DNA of 64,000 bases from Candidatus Latescibacterota bacterium (GTDB taxonomy: Bacteria; Latescibacterota; UBA2968), in NCBI GenBank assembly GCA_965207885.1, contig OZ242311.1, positions 704,001 to 768,000 of the forward strand, written 5' to 3'. The stretch's first letter is position 1, and each line of letters starts with the position of its first letter. The position numbers and the translations under genes were made by a program. Shown here piece after piece: positions 56,243 through 64,000 of the stretch. Under the pieces are notes generated by a model. That model worked only from the letters and a program-made list of their open reading frames with translations. It searched no databases and was not told where the DNA came from.

Positions 56243-57799
56243 AAGGTTTTGCTTTTGCCTTAGATCCTTCCCAGTCATTTCATCGGGTTTTGGCAGGTTG
56301 AGGAGGGAGAGCAGGGTGGGGGCGACGTCGCGCAAGGTGCCGCCTTCGCGGAGTTTTCCCCTGTAGGTGGGGTCAGCGAGTACAAAGGGTACGGGGTTGG
56401 TGGTGTGTGCGGTGTGGGGTTCGCCGGTGTCGTAGTGGATCATTTGTTCGGCGTTGCCATGATCAGCGGTGACGATGGCTGCGCCGTTTGCGTTTTCTAT
56501 GGCTTGGAGGACGCGGTCCAGGCAGGTGTCAACTGTGGTGACGGCGTGTATGGCGGCTTTGAGGATGCCGGTGTGGCCCACCATGTCGGGGTTGGCGAAG
56601 TTGCATATTGCGGTGTCGTATTGGTTGGTTGCGATGGCCTCTGTGAATCGGTCTGCGATTTCAGGTGCGCTCATTTCGGGTTTGTGGTCGTAGGTGGGGA
56701 CGTCTTTGGGGGATGGTACGAGGATGCGTTCTTCTCCGTCAAAGGGCGTTTCTTGTTGGCCGTTAAAGAAGAAGGTGACGTGGGCGTATTTTTCTGTTTC
56801 TGCGATGCGTAGTTGTCGTTTGTTGGCCCGGGCGATGACCGATCCGCAGATGTTGGGCATGTTTTGCGAGAGGGTTTCGGGGGGGTAGGCGATGCCCGTG
56901 ACGGGTACGTCGGCTTCGTATCGGGTGAGGGTGGTGAAGTGGGTGTTGGGCCAGGTGTGGCGTTGAAAGCCGTCGAAGTTTTTGAGTGCAAAGGCGCGGG
57001 TGATTTGCCGGGGTCTGTCTCCTCGGAAGTTGAAGAAGATGACGCTGTCCCCGTCTTTTATGGTGGGGTTGCCAGCGATGGCGATGGGTTTGATGAATTC
57101 GTCGGTTTCACCGCGGTTATAGGCGTTTTGTATGGCTGTGATGGGATGGGTTTCTGTGATGCCTTTGCCCTGTGTGAGGAGGTCATAGGCGATTTGGGTG
57201 CGTTCCCAGCGGTGGTCGCGATCCATGGCGTAATACCGCCCGGATATGGAGGCTATGCGGCCTATGCCATGGGTTTTGAACATGGCGAGGAGCTCGCTCA
57301 TGCGGTGGATTGCGCTTTGGGGCGGTGTGTCGCGCCCATCTGTGAAGGCGTGGATATAGACGCGGTCTGAGGGGAGGCCGCGCTCGGCTGCCATTTTGAT
57401 GAGGCTCTCGTAGTGACTGGGCCAGGCGTGTACGCCGCCGTCAGAGACGAGGCCGATGAGATGGAGGTTGCGGTTGTGGTTTTTGATGCGGTCTATGGCG
57501 GCGATTAGAGCTTCGTTTTTGTACAGGCTGCCGTCTCGTATGCGGTCGTCGATCTGGGTCATGGCTTGCATGACGGTGCGTCCCGCACCGAGGTTGAGGT
57601 GCCCGACTTCGGAGTTGCCCATGAGTCCGTCGGGTAGTCCGACTGCGCGTCCAGAAGTGTTGAGGGTGGTGTGGGCGCAATTGGCCCAGATGCGGTCCAT
57701 TGTCGGGGTGCTGGCAAGGGCCACGGCGTTGTGGTCCCGGCGCGGGTTTATTCCCCAGCCGTCGAGGATGATGAGTGCGACAAAGCGTTGGTTGGTCAT
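56228..57799 (-). CDS. gpmI: 2,3-bisphosphoglycerate-independent phosphoglycerate mutase
   Basis: ILDGWG, GNSEVGH, AETEKYAHVTFF, ANPDMVGHTG, TADHGN, HTAHT. Confidence 0.96.
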   Translation of the reverse strand: MTNQRFVALIILDGWGINPRRDHNAVALASTPTMDRIWANCAHTTLNTSGRAVGLPDGLMGNSEVGHLNLGAGRTVMQAMTQIDDRIRDGSLYKNEALIAAIDRIKNHNRNLHLIGLVSDGGVHAWPSHYESLIKMAAERGLPSDRVYIHAFTDGRDTPPQSAIHRMSELLAMFKTHGIGRIASISGRYYAMDRDHRWERTQIAYDLLTQGKGITETHPITAIQNAYNRGETDEFIKPIAIAGNPTIKDGDSVIFFNFRGDRPRQITRAFALKNFDGFQRHTWPNTHFTTLTRYEADVPVTGIAYPPETLSQNMPNICGSVIARANKRQLRIAETEKYAHVTFFFNGQQETPFDGEERILVPSPKDVPTYDHKPEMSAPEIADRFTEAIATNQYDTAICNFANPDMVGHTGILKAAIHAVTTVDTCLDRVLQAIENANGAAIVTADHGNAEQMIHYDTGEPHTAHTTNPVPFVLADPTYRGKLREGGTLRDVAPTLLSLLNLPKPDEMTGKDLRQKQNLLDRG

Positions 57800-57819
57800 G
57801 GTGGTGTCAGTTGTCCGTT

Positions 57820-57868
57820 GTAGGGGCGAGGCATGCGTCATCGCGGCATGCTTAAAGCCGCGATCCAG
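57820..57868 (+). repeat. Half GTAG-REP fused to a GTCAT-hairpin (57837-57868)
   Basis: Read directly from the sequence. Confidence 0.85.
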
Positions 57869-58004
57869 AAATTTAACGAGAGAAAATATATATTCTTCCC
57901 AATCCAATCAAGTGCGAAGCGTACAAAAAGAGTTTGAAAATACGGGTTGTTGTGGTATTTTTCTCATCCTGTGCAATTAAATAACACGAAAAGAGGAACT
58001 GTTT

Positions 58005-60686
58005 ATGAGTCAAACGCATAATCCTTTGAATTCGCGCGATACACTTTCTACAATGGCGGGTGATCTCGCAATTTTTCGGCTGGATCGGTTGGAGGTTGAT
58101 GGGGTTGGGGCTGTGTCGAGTTTGCCGTTTTCCGTGCGGGTGCTGCTCGAGGCGGCACTGCGAAATCTGGATGGGTATCAGGTGCGGGAGGAAGATGTGG
58201 AGACGCTGGCGAATTGGAATGCGGCCAATCCCAATCCGATAGAGATACCGTTTAAGCCCGCGCGGGTGGTGTTGCAAGATTTTACGGGTGTGCCTTCGCT
58301 GGTGGATCTGGCGGCGTTGCGTTCGGCTATGGGGCGCATGGGGGGCGATGCAAGTCGGGTTGAGCCGTTGATTCCGGTGGATCTGGTTGTGGATCATTCG
58401 GTACAGGTGGATAGTTTTGCAAATTCGGATGCGTTGCGGAGAAATGCAGAGATCGAGTTTGAGCGCAATCGGGAGCGGTATGAGTTTTTGCGCTGGGGTG
58501 CGAATGCGTTTGAGAGTTTCAGGGTGGTGCCGCCGCTGACGGGTATTGTGCATCAGGTCAATCTCGAGTATCTGGCGAAGGGGGTTATTGCCCGGGATGG
58601 CGTGGCTTTTCCCGATAGTCTGGTGGGGGCAGATTCACATACGACGATGATTAATGGCCTGGGTGTGGTGGGCTGGGGTGTGGGGGGTATTGAGGCAGAG
58701 GCGGTGATGCTGGGGCAGCCGATTTATATGCTGACGCCCGAGGTTGTCGGGTTCAAATTGGATGGGCAGTTGCCCGAGGGTACGACGGCGACGGATTTGA
58801 CGTTGACGGTGGTTCAGATGTTGCGCGAGAAGGGCGTGGTGGATAAGTTTGTCGAGTTTTACGGCACGGGGTTGACGGGTATTGGGCTGGCAGATCGCGC
58901 GACGATTGCCAATATGGCGCCGGAATACGGGGCGACGATGGGGTTTTTCCCGGTGGATGATGAGACGTTGCGTTATCTGGCGCGTACGGGTCGCACGGCG
59001 GCAGAGGTGGATGTGGTTGAGCGGTATGCGAAGGAGCAGGGTTTGTTTCGTACAGATGATACGCCGGAGCCGCGGTTTACGGATACGCTTGAACTGGATT
59101 TGAGTACGGTGGAGCCGAGTTTGGCCGGTCCAAAACGGCCGCAGGATCGCATTGCGCTGGGGCAGATGAAGGATGCTTTTGAGGGCGCGTTGCGCGCACC
59201 CGTGGGCAATAGTGGTTTTGGGCTGGATGATGAGGCGGTTCAAAAGAGGACGAATGGCGCGCTCGGGCACGGGGCAGTGGTGATTGCGGCGATTACGAGT
59301 TGTACCAATACGAGCAATCCTTCTGTGATGGTGGCCGCTGGTTTGTTGGCGAAGAAGGCGGCGGAGAAGGGGTTGAAGGTTCACGCTCATGTGAAGACGA
59401 GTCTGGCGCCGGGTTCGCGCGTGGTGTCGGATTATCTCGATCAGGCGGGTTTGACGCCGTATCTGGAGCAGTTGGGTTTTCACACGGTGGGTTATGGCTG
59501 TACGACGTGTATTGGCAATAGCGGGCCGTTGCCCGATCCGGTGGTTGCCGCGATTCACGAGGATGATCTGGTTGCGGCGTCGGTGTTGAGTGGGAATCGC
59601 AATTTTGAAGGTCGCGTGCATCCGCATGTGAAGGCGAATTATCTGGCTTCGCCGCCGCTGGTTGTGGCTTATGCTCTGGCGGGGCGGGTGGATCTGGATT
59701 TGACTGCGGAGCCGATAGGGGTAGATAGGGATGGCAATGCGGTGTTTTTGCGCGATCTCTGGCCCAGTCAGGATGAGATTGGCAATACGATTGCACGGGC
59801 GCTGAAGCCGGATATGTTTGAGGCGCGTTATGGCAATGTGTTTGAGGGCAATGAGATGTGGAATGCGGTTGGCGGGCAAGAGGGGGATCTCTATGGGTGG
59901 CAGGCGGAGAGTACTTATGTGCAGGAGCCGCCGTTTTTTGTGGATTTGTCGCCGGAGTTAGACGCGATTACAGATATTAGAGGTGCGCGGGTGCTGGCGC
60001 AATTGGGCGATTCGGTGACGACGGATCACATTTCTCCGGCGGGTTCGATTGCGGTGGATAGCCCGGCGGGACAGTTTTTGATCGCTCGAGGGGTTGAGCC
60101 GAAGGATTTCAATTCTTATGGTTCGCGGCGGGGCAATCACGAGGTGATGATGCGGGGTACGTTTGCGAATATTCGCATTCGCAATTCGCTGGTGCCAGGG
60201 ACAGAGGGCGGTGTGACGGTGCATCTGCCTTCGGGTGAGCAGATGAGTATTTACGATGCGGCGATGCGGTATGTGGATGAGGACGTGCCGTCGATTGTGA
60301 TCGCGGGCGCGGAATACGGTTCGGGATCGTCGCGCGATTGGGCGGCTAAGGGTCCGTTACTTCTGGGCGTGCGCGCGGTGCTTGTGGAGAGTTTTGAGCG
60401 CATTCATCGCAGCAATCTGGTGGGTATGGGGGTGTTGCCGCTGGAGTTTGTGGATGGTGAGAGTGCCGAGTCGCTGGGGCTTACGGGGCGGGAGGTGTAC
60501 GATATTACGGGTTTGAGCGATGATTTGCAGCCTTTGCAAGATGTGGCGGTGACGGCGACGGATGAGGATGGGAATGTGAAGTCGTTTTCTGCGACGGTGC
60601 GTATCGATACGCCTGTGGAGATCGATTATTATCGCAATGGGGGGATTTTGCATACGGTGTTGCGGGGGTTTTTGAAGGATCAATAA
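58005..60686 (+). CDS. acnA: Aconitate hydratase A
   Basis: [56 protein letters not shown]. Confidence 0.97.
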   Translation: MSQTHNPLNSRDTLSTMAGDLAIFRLDRLEVDGVGAVSSLPFSVRVLLEAALRNLDGYQVREEDVETLANWNAANPNPIEIPFKPARVVLQDFTGVPSLVDLAALRSAMGRMGGDASRVEPLIPVDLVVDHSVQVDSFANSDALRRNAEIEFERNRERYEFLRWGANAFESFRVVPPLTGIVHQVNLEYLAKGVIARDGVAFPDSLVGADSHTTMINGLGVVGWGVGGIEAEAVMLGQPIYMLTPEVVGFKLDGQLPEGTTATDLTLTVVQMLREKGVVDKFVEFYGTGLTGIGLADRATIANMAPEYGATMGFFPVDDETLRYLARTGRTAAEVDVVERYAKEQGLFRTDDTPEPRFTDTLELDLSTVEPSLAGPKRPQDRIALGQMKDAFEGALRAPVGNSGFGLDDEAVQKRTNGALGHGAVVIAAITSCTNTSNPSVMVAAGLLAKKAAEKGLKVHAHVKTSLAPGSRVVSDYLDQAGLTPYLEQLGFHTVGYGCTTCIGNSGPLPDPVVAAIHEDDLVAASVLSGNRNFEGRVHPHVKANYLASPPLVVAYALAGRVDLDLTAEPIGVDRDGNAVFLRDLWPSQDEIGNTIARALKPDMFEARYGNVFEGNEMWNAVGGQEGDLYGWQAESTYVQEPPFFVDLSPELDAITDIRGARVLAQLGDSVTTDHISPAGSIAVDSPAGQFLIARGVEPKDFNSYGSRRGNHEVMMRGTFANIRIRNSLVPGTEGGVTVHLPSGEQMSIYDAAMRYVDEDVPSIVIAGAEYGSGSSRDWAAKGPLLLGVRAVLVESFERIHRSNLVGMGVLPLEFVDGESAESLGLTGREVYDITGLSDDLQPLQDVAVTATDEDGNVKSFSATVRIDTPVEIDYYRNGGILHTVLRGFLKDQ

Positions 60687-61273
60687 TGGAGATTGCAAAG
60701 ATGGAAACTGTCTTGCATTTTCAGCCGGTGATCGAGGTGAGTGATGAGGATTTTTATGCGTTTTGCCAACTCAATCGCGATGTTTGCATTGAGCGCAATG
60801 CGCAGGGAGATGTGATTATTATGCCACCAGCGGGGGGTGAGACGAGCGAGCGCAATGCAGAGATTACTATGCAGTTGCGGTTTTGGGCAAAAGGGGATGG
60901 TACGGGTGCGAGTTTTGATTCGTCAGGTGGATTTCAGTTGCCCAATGGGGCGGTGCGGTCGCCCGATGCCGCATGGATTGAATATACGCGGCTGATGGCA
61001 TTGTCTTCAGAAGACCGACGCAAGTTTGTTCCATTATGTCCCGATTTTGTCATTGAATTGCGGTCGGAAAGTGATCAGTTGGCCCCATTGCAGGAAAAGA
61101 TGCGGGAATATCTCGATAATGGCCTTAGTTTGGGGTGGTTGATTGATCCATATACACGGCGCGTTTATGTGTATCGCTCTGGATTGCCCATAGAGGAATT
61201 GGAGCAGCCTTCGCGCATTTCTGGCGATCCTGTTTTGCGGGGATTTGAGCTGGATCTGGATGAGATTTGGTGA
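60686..61273 (+). CDS. Uma2/DUF820 family putative endonuclease
   Basis: RSPDAAW, PDFVIELRS.SD, KMREY..NG..LGWLIDP. Confidence 0.9.
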   Translation: MEIAKMETVLHFQPVIEVSDEDFYAFCQLNRDVCIERNAQGDVIIMPPAGGETSERNAEITMQLRFWAKGDGTGASFDSSGGFQLPNGAVRSPDAAWIEYTRLMALSSEDRRKFVPLCPDFVIELRSESDQLAPLQEKMREYLDNGLSLGWLIDPYTRRVYVYRSGLPIEELEQPSRISGDPVLRGFELDLDEIW

Positions 61274-61325
61274 ATGGATACCCATTTAAAAAACCGAGTA
61301 CATTACAAAGATGTACTCGGTTTTT

Positions 61326-62690
61326 TTATTTTTGAAAATGCGCGTCCTGTTCTTTGCGTATTGTCCAGAGGGGGTCGTTGTCTTTGGGTTGTATCGCGCT
61401 TGCGGTGATGAATGCGCCAGCGGGGATGTCCTGGGTGAGGATATTGCCGTTGGCCATGTGGAAGGGGAGGGGGTTGTCGGGCGCGACAGGTAGCGCAGGG
61501 CGCATGAGGTATTCGATGTTTTTGCTGTGGTCGTTGCCGATCTGGTCGCCGGCTTTGAGGGGTTCTTTTGCACGGCCTACAACGTCGAAGGATGGGCGGT
61601 AGTCGGTGGTGCCCGTGGGCAGGTTTAAGAGGCCAGCGACGAGTGTTGTGATGGGTGTTTCGACGCCGCAGAGGTGATAGGGTCGGTAGATGAGGGCTGT
61701 GGTGCCTTTTTTGTTGGGGATGAGTCCTTTGGTGGTGAGGATGTGGCGGGAGTAGTCGTTTTCACAGGCGATGACGATGAAGACGCCGCCGCCCAGGCCG
61801 GGTTCGTTTGCCTGGCGCAGGCAGGAGACGCAGTCGATGACGCCGCGATGGGATAAGATGCCGCCGTCTTCTCTGGGCGCGAGGACTTCGGGTATTTCAA
61901 CGGTGCGGACTACGGGGGTGTGCAGGGTGTCTATATCGGGTATGAGGCCGGTGGCATTGGCGGCGATGGTGAGTTCGGTGACGTCATAACCGGCGATGGC
62001 GCCGAGTTCGCCCATGATTTGGCGGCGTTGTGCGATGTGAGCCGAGGGGTTTTGGGCAGAGAATATCCGTTCGTCGGGGATCTGGATTTTGCCTTTGGAC
62101 CAGACGATGGCGTTGGTTTGCGGGTCGTAAACGCGGTCGGAGTCCAGTGATTTGCCCCCGCAGAGGACTTCGAGGCCCAGGCTGCGCGCCCATTGCACGA
62201 GGCCCATGAGCAGGCCGTGCTGGTCGCCGTCAACAGCGGTATAGACGCGTCCGGCTTTGTCTGCGAGGTGTTTGAGGATGGGTCCGACGGTGACGTCGGT
62301 TTCTTTGGATACCATGGCGACGTGTTTGCCGTGTCGGATGGCTTCTATGCCGTGTTTTGCGCCTGCACTCGGGACGCCTGTGGATTCTACGATGACGTCG
62401 AGGGGCAGGTCCATCATTTGCATGGCGTCGGTGAGGATGACGTGTTTGCCCTGTTCTATGGCTTTGGTTGCCTGTTGGGTGGTGTCGCAGATGATGGTTT
62501 TGTCGGTGTCCAGGCCCGCGTGATGATATGCATTTTGGGCTGCGTCCGGGTTTGTGTCGCAGACGACGGGTACGTGGAGTTGATCGACGACGCGCGATTG
62601 CGTGACGAGGGCTGTGGCGTAGTGTCCGGTGCCGATGACGCCAACGCGTACGGTGCGGTCAATTTGGGCGAAGAGCTGGTGGTAGACCAT
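61326..62690 (-). CDS. NAD(P)-dependent oxidoreductase with C-terminal SAF domain (homoserine-dehydrogenase-like)
   Basis: GVIGTG, ETDVTVGP, DGDQ, ANATGL, YRPYHL.G.E, SAF-like tail. Confidence 0.8.
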   Translation of the reverse strand: MVYHQLFAQIDRTVRVGVIGTGHYATALVTQSRVVDQLHVPVVCDTNPDAAQNAYHHAGLDTDKTIICDTTQQATKAIEQGKHVILTDAMQMMDLPLDVIVESTGVPSAGAKHGIEAIRHGKHVAMVSKETDVTVGPILKHLADKAGRVYTAVDGDQHGLLMGLVQWARSLGLEVLCGGKSLDSDRVYDPQTNAIVWSKGKIQIPDERIFSAQNPSAHIAQRRQIMGELGAIAGYDVTELTIAANATGLIPDIDTLHTPVVRTVEIPEVLAPREDGGILSHRGVIDCVSCLRQANEPGLGGGVFIVIACENDYSRHILTTKGLIPNKKGTTALIYRPYHLCGVETPITTLVAGLLNLPTGTTDYRPSFDVVGRAKEPLKAGDQIGNDHSKNIEYLMRPALPVAPDNPLPFHMANGNILTQDIPAGAFITASAIQPKDNDPLWTIRKEQDAHFQK

Positions 62691-62706
62691 GGTGGTTTCC
62701 CGGGGG

Positions 62707-63366
62707 TTATGGTATTGCGATGACGCGAGCCGGTGCGCCATCGGCTTCGGGGATTTTTAAGGGCAGGGCGAAGAAGGATACGCGGTCTGTTGCTATCCTG
62801 CCCGTGTTGCAGATGTATTCGATGAGGATGATGCCTTCGCGCAAGAGTATGTCGTGGGTTACGAATTCGGAAAGGGGTGCTCTCTCGCCACTGAGCAACT
62901 GGCGAATGGGGTAGTCCTGGGGAAAGTCAAATGCGATGGCGCGGATGTTTTGTGCGCGTAGCCATTTTGCGGCGGCGCGCGACATGTAGGGTGCGCGGGT
63001 CCAGAATTCGGGGGTTTGATGCGATTCTACTTCGTCCCACCGCGTTTTCATGACGACGATGTCTCCAGGCCGTATGTGCTGTCCGGCAGCGCGAATCTGT
63101 GCTTCGGTGATCGGCGTTTCCGGCGCGATGCCCGAGAGATCGACGACTGCGGCTTGTCCCACGATTTGGTCGAGTTCGGTTTCGCTGGTGGTGGGTCCTT
63201 CCGGGAACATGTGGCGAGGCGCATCGACGTGCGTAAATCCGTGGACGGCCCATCCCATGTGGGTCACTTGCGCCATGTCGCCGGTTTCAAAACTGCTTTT
63301 GAGGCTGCGCTCAACGGGCCAGCGGAAGTGGTCGGCAATGGGCATGGTGAGGTCGATGATGGGCAT
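62707..63366 (-). CDS. Cyclase family metal-dependent hydrolase (KynB-like)
   Basis: IDLT, HGFTHVDAPRH, ALPLKI..ADGAPARVIA. Confidence 0.88.
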   Translation of the reverse strand: MPIIDLTMPIADHFRWPVERSLKSSFETGDMAQVTHMGWAVHGFTHVDAPRHMFPEGPTTSETELDQIVGQAAVVDLSGIAPETPITEAQIRAAGQHIRPGDIVVMKTRWDEVESHQTPEFWTRAPYMSRAAAKWLRAQNIRAIAFDFPQDYPIRQLLSGERAPLSEFVTHDILLREGIILIEYICNTGRIATDRVSFFALPLKIPEADGAPARVIAIP

Positions 63367-63368
63367 TG

Positions 63369-63974
63369 TTAGATGTTTTCACGCGTTTCGAGCAGGGCTA
63401 TGATTTGCAATGCGGCTTCTTGTGGGGTGGTGTCAACGGTGTGTATGACGAGTTCGGGGTTTTCAGGGGGTTCATAGGGGTCAGAGATGCCGGTGAAGTT
63501 GGGTATTTCACCTGTGCGCGCTTTTTTGTACAGGCCCTTTGGGTCGCGTTCTTCACATACGTCGAGCGGGGTGTTGATGAATACTTCGATGAAGTCTTTG
63601 TCTTCCATGAGTTCGCGCACGCCGTCGCGGTCGGTGCGATAGGGGCTTACAAAGCTGGATAGGGTGATGATGCCAGCGTCGGCAAAGAGTTTGCCGACTT
63701 CGCCGATGCGGCGGATGTTTTCAGCGCGGTCTTCGGCTGAGAATCCGAGGTTTTTGTTGAGTCCGTGGCGGATGTTGTCGCCGTCGAGTACGTAGGCCAT
63801 GCGCCCGCGTTCGATCAGGGCGTGTTCCGTGGTGAATGCGATGGTGCTTTTGCCGGAGCTGGGCAGTCCGGTGAGCCAGATGAGTGCGCCTTTTTGTTCG
63901 AGCAGGTCTTCGCGCTGTTTGCGCGCGACATGGCCTTCGTGCCAGACGATGTTGGTGGCTTTGACTTCGGTCAA
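63369..63974 (-). CDS. cysC: Adenylyl-sulfate kinase
   Basis: WLTGLPSSGKST, LDGDNIRHGL, RDPKGLYKKAR, FTGISDPYE. Confidence 0.95.
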   Translation of the reverse strand: MTEVKATNIVWHEGHVARKQREDLLEQKGALIWLTGLPSSGKSTIAFTTEHALIERGRMAYVLDGDNIRHGLNKNLGFSAEDRAENIRRIGEVGKLFADAGIITLSSFVSPYRTDRDGVRELMEDKDFIEVFINTPLDVCEERDPKGLYKKARTGEIPNFTGISDPYEPPENPELVIHTVDTTPQEAALQIIALLETRENI

Positions 63975-64000
63975 GAGATTCCTCCTGGTAAAGATTAAAA

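Noticed and set aside
9506-57868. Interpreting the hairpins as integron attC sites or as simple terminators
   Set aside because: No RYYYAAC/GTTRRRY ends or integrase; flanked genes are housekeeping; orientation is independent of transcription
58635-59879. Long antisense ORFs (also 25495-26619, 26979-27905, 21786-22841, 29494-30351)
   Set aside because: Shadow frames of real genes, caused by strand-skewed codon usage; H/R/Q/P-rich with no motifs
1-64000. tRNA/rRNA genes or a prophage
   Set aside because: No cloverleaf or rRNA signatures and no phage structural or integrase genes seen

Overview
Bacterial chromosomal window with a strongly G/T-rich + strand. The gene content (FlgD-Ig/T9SS-type C-terminal domains, cohesin/dockerin surface proteins, UBact proteasome, several sulfatases) suggests an FCB-related lineage such as Latescibacterota; this taxonomy is inferred. 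Left to right: (1) a surface-glycan cluster (NDP-sugar dehydratase, FkbM methyltransferase, RfbH, GtrB-like GT2, GT-C transferases, split transketolase); (2) three large secreted acidic, Met-rich Ig-repeat proteins (3034, 1265, 699 aa) behind a perfect sigma70 promoter, two of which end in dockerin-like + cohesin-like + FlgD-Ig/CTD modules; (3) a BrnT toxin paired with an antitoxin-like peptide fused to TPRs; (4) a complete arc-dop-ubact-prcB-prcA-pafA ubiquitin-like tagging/proteasome operon; (5) transport and catabolic genes, an IS4-family element, a DUF4160 TA-like pair, an ECF sigma/anti-sigma pair, gpmI, acnA and cysC. Many intergenic spacers are ordered mosaics of short repeats. These include 14 co-oriented GTCAT-hairpin-CCAG units with compensatory base changes, GTAG REP-like palindromes, GAAGTG(T/G) heptamer arrays and ATCCTG repeats, with visible nested site-specific micro-insertions. 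All product calls come from motif recognition by eye; no database searches were run.
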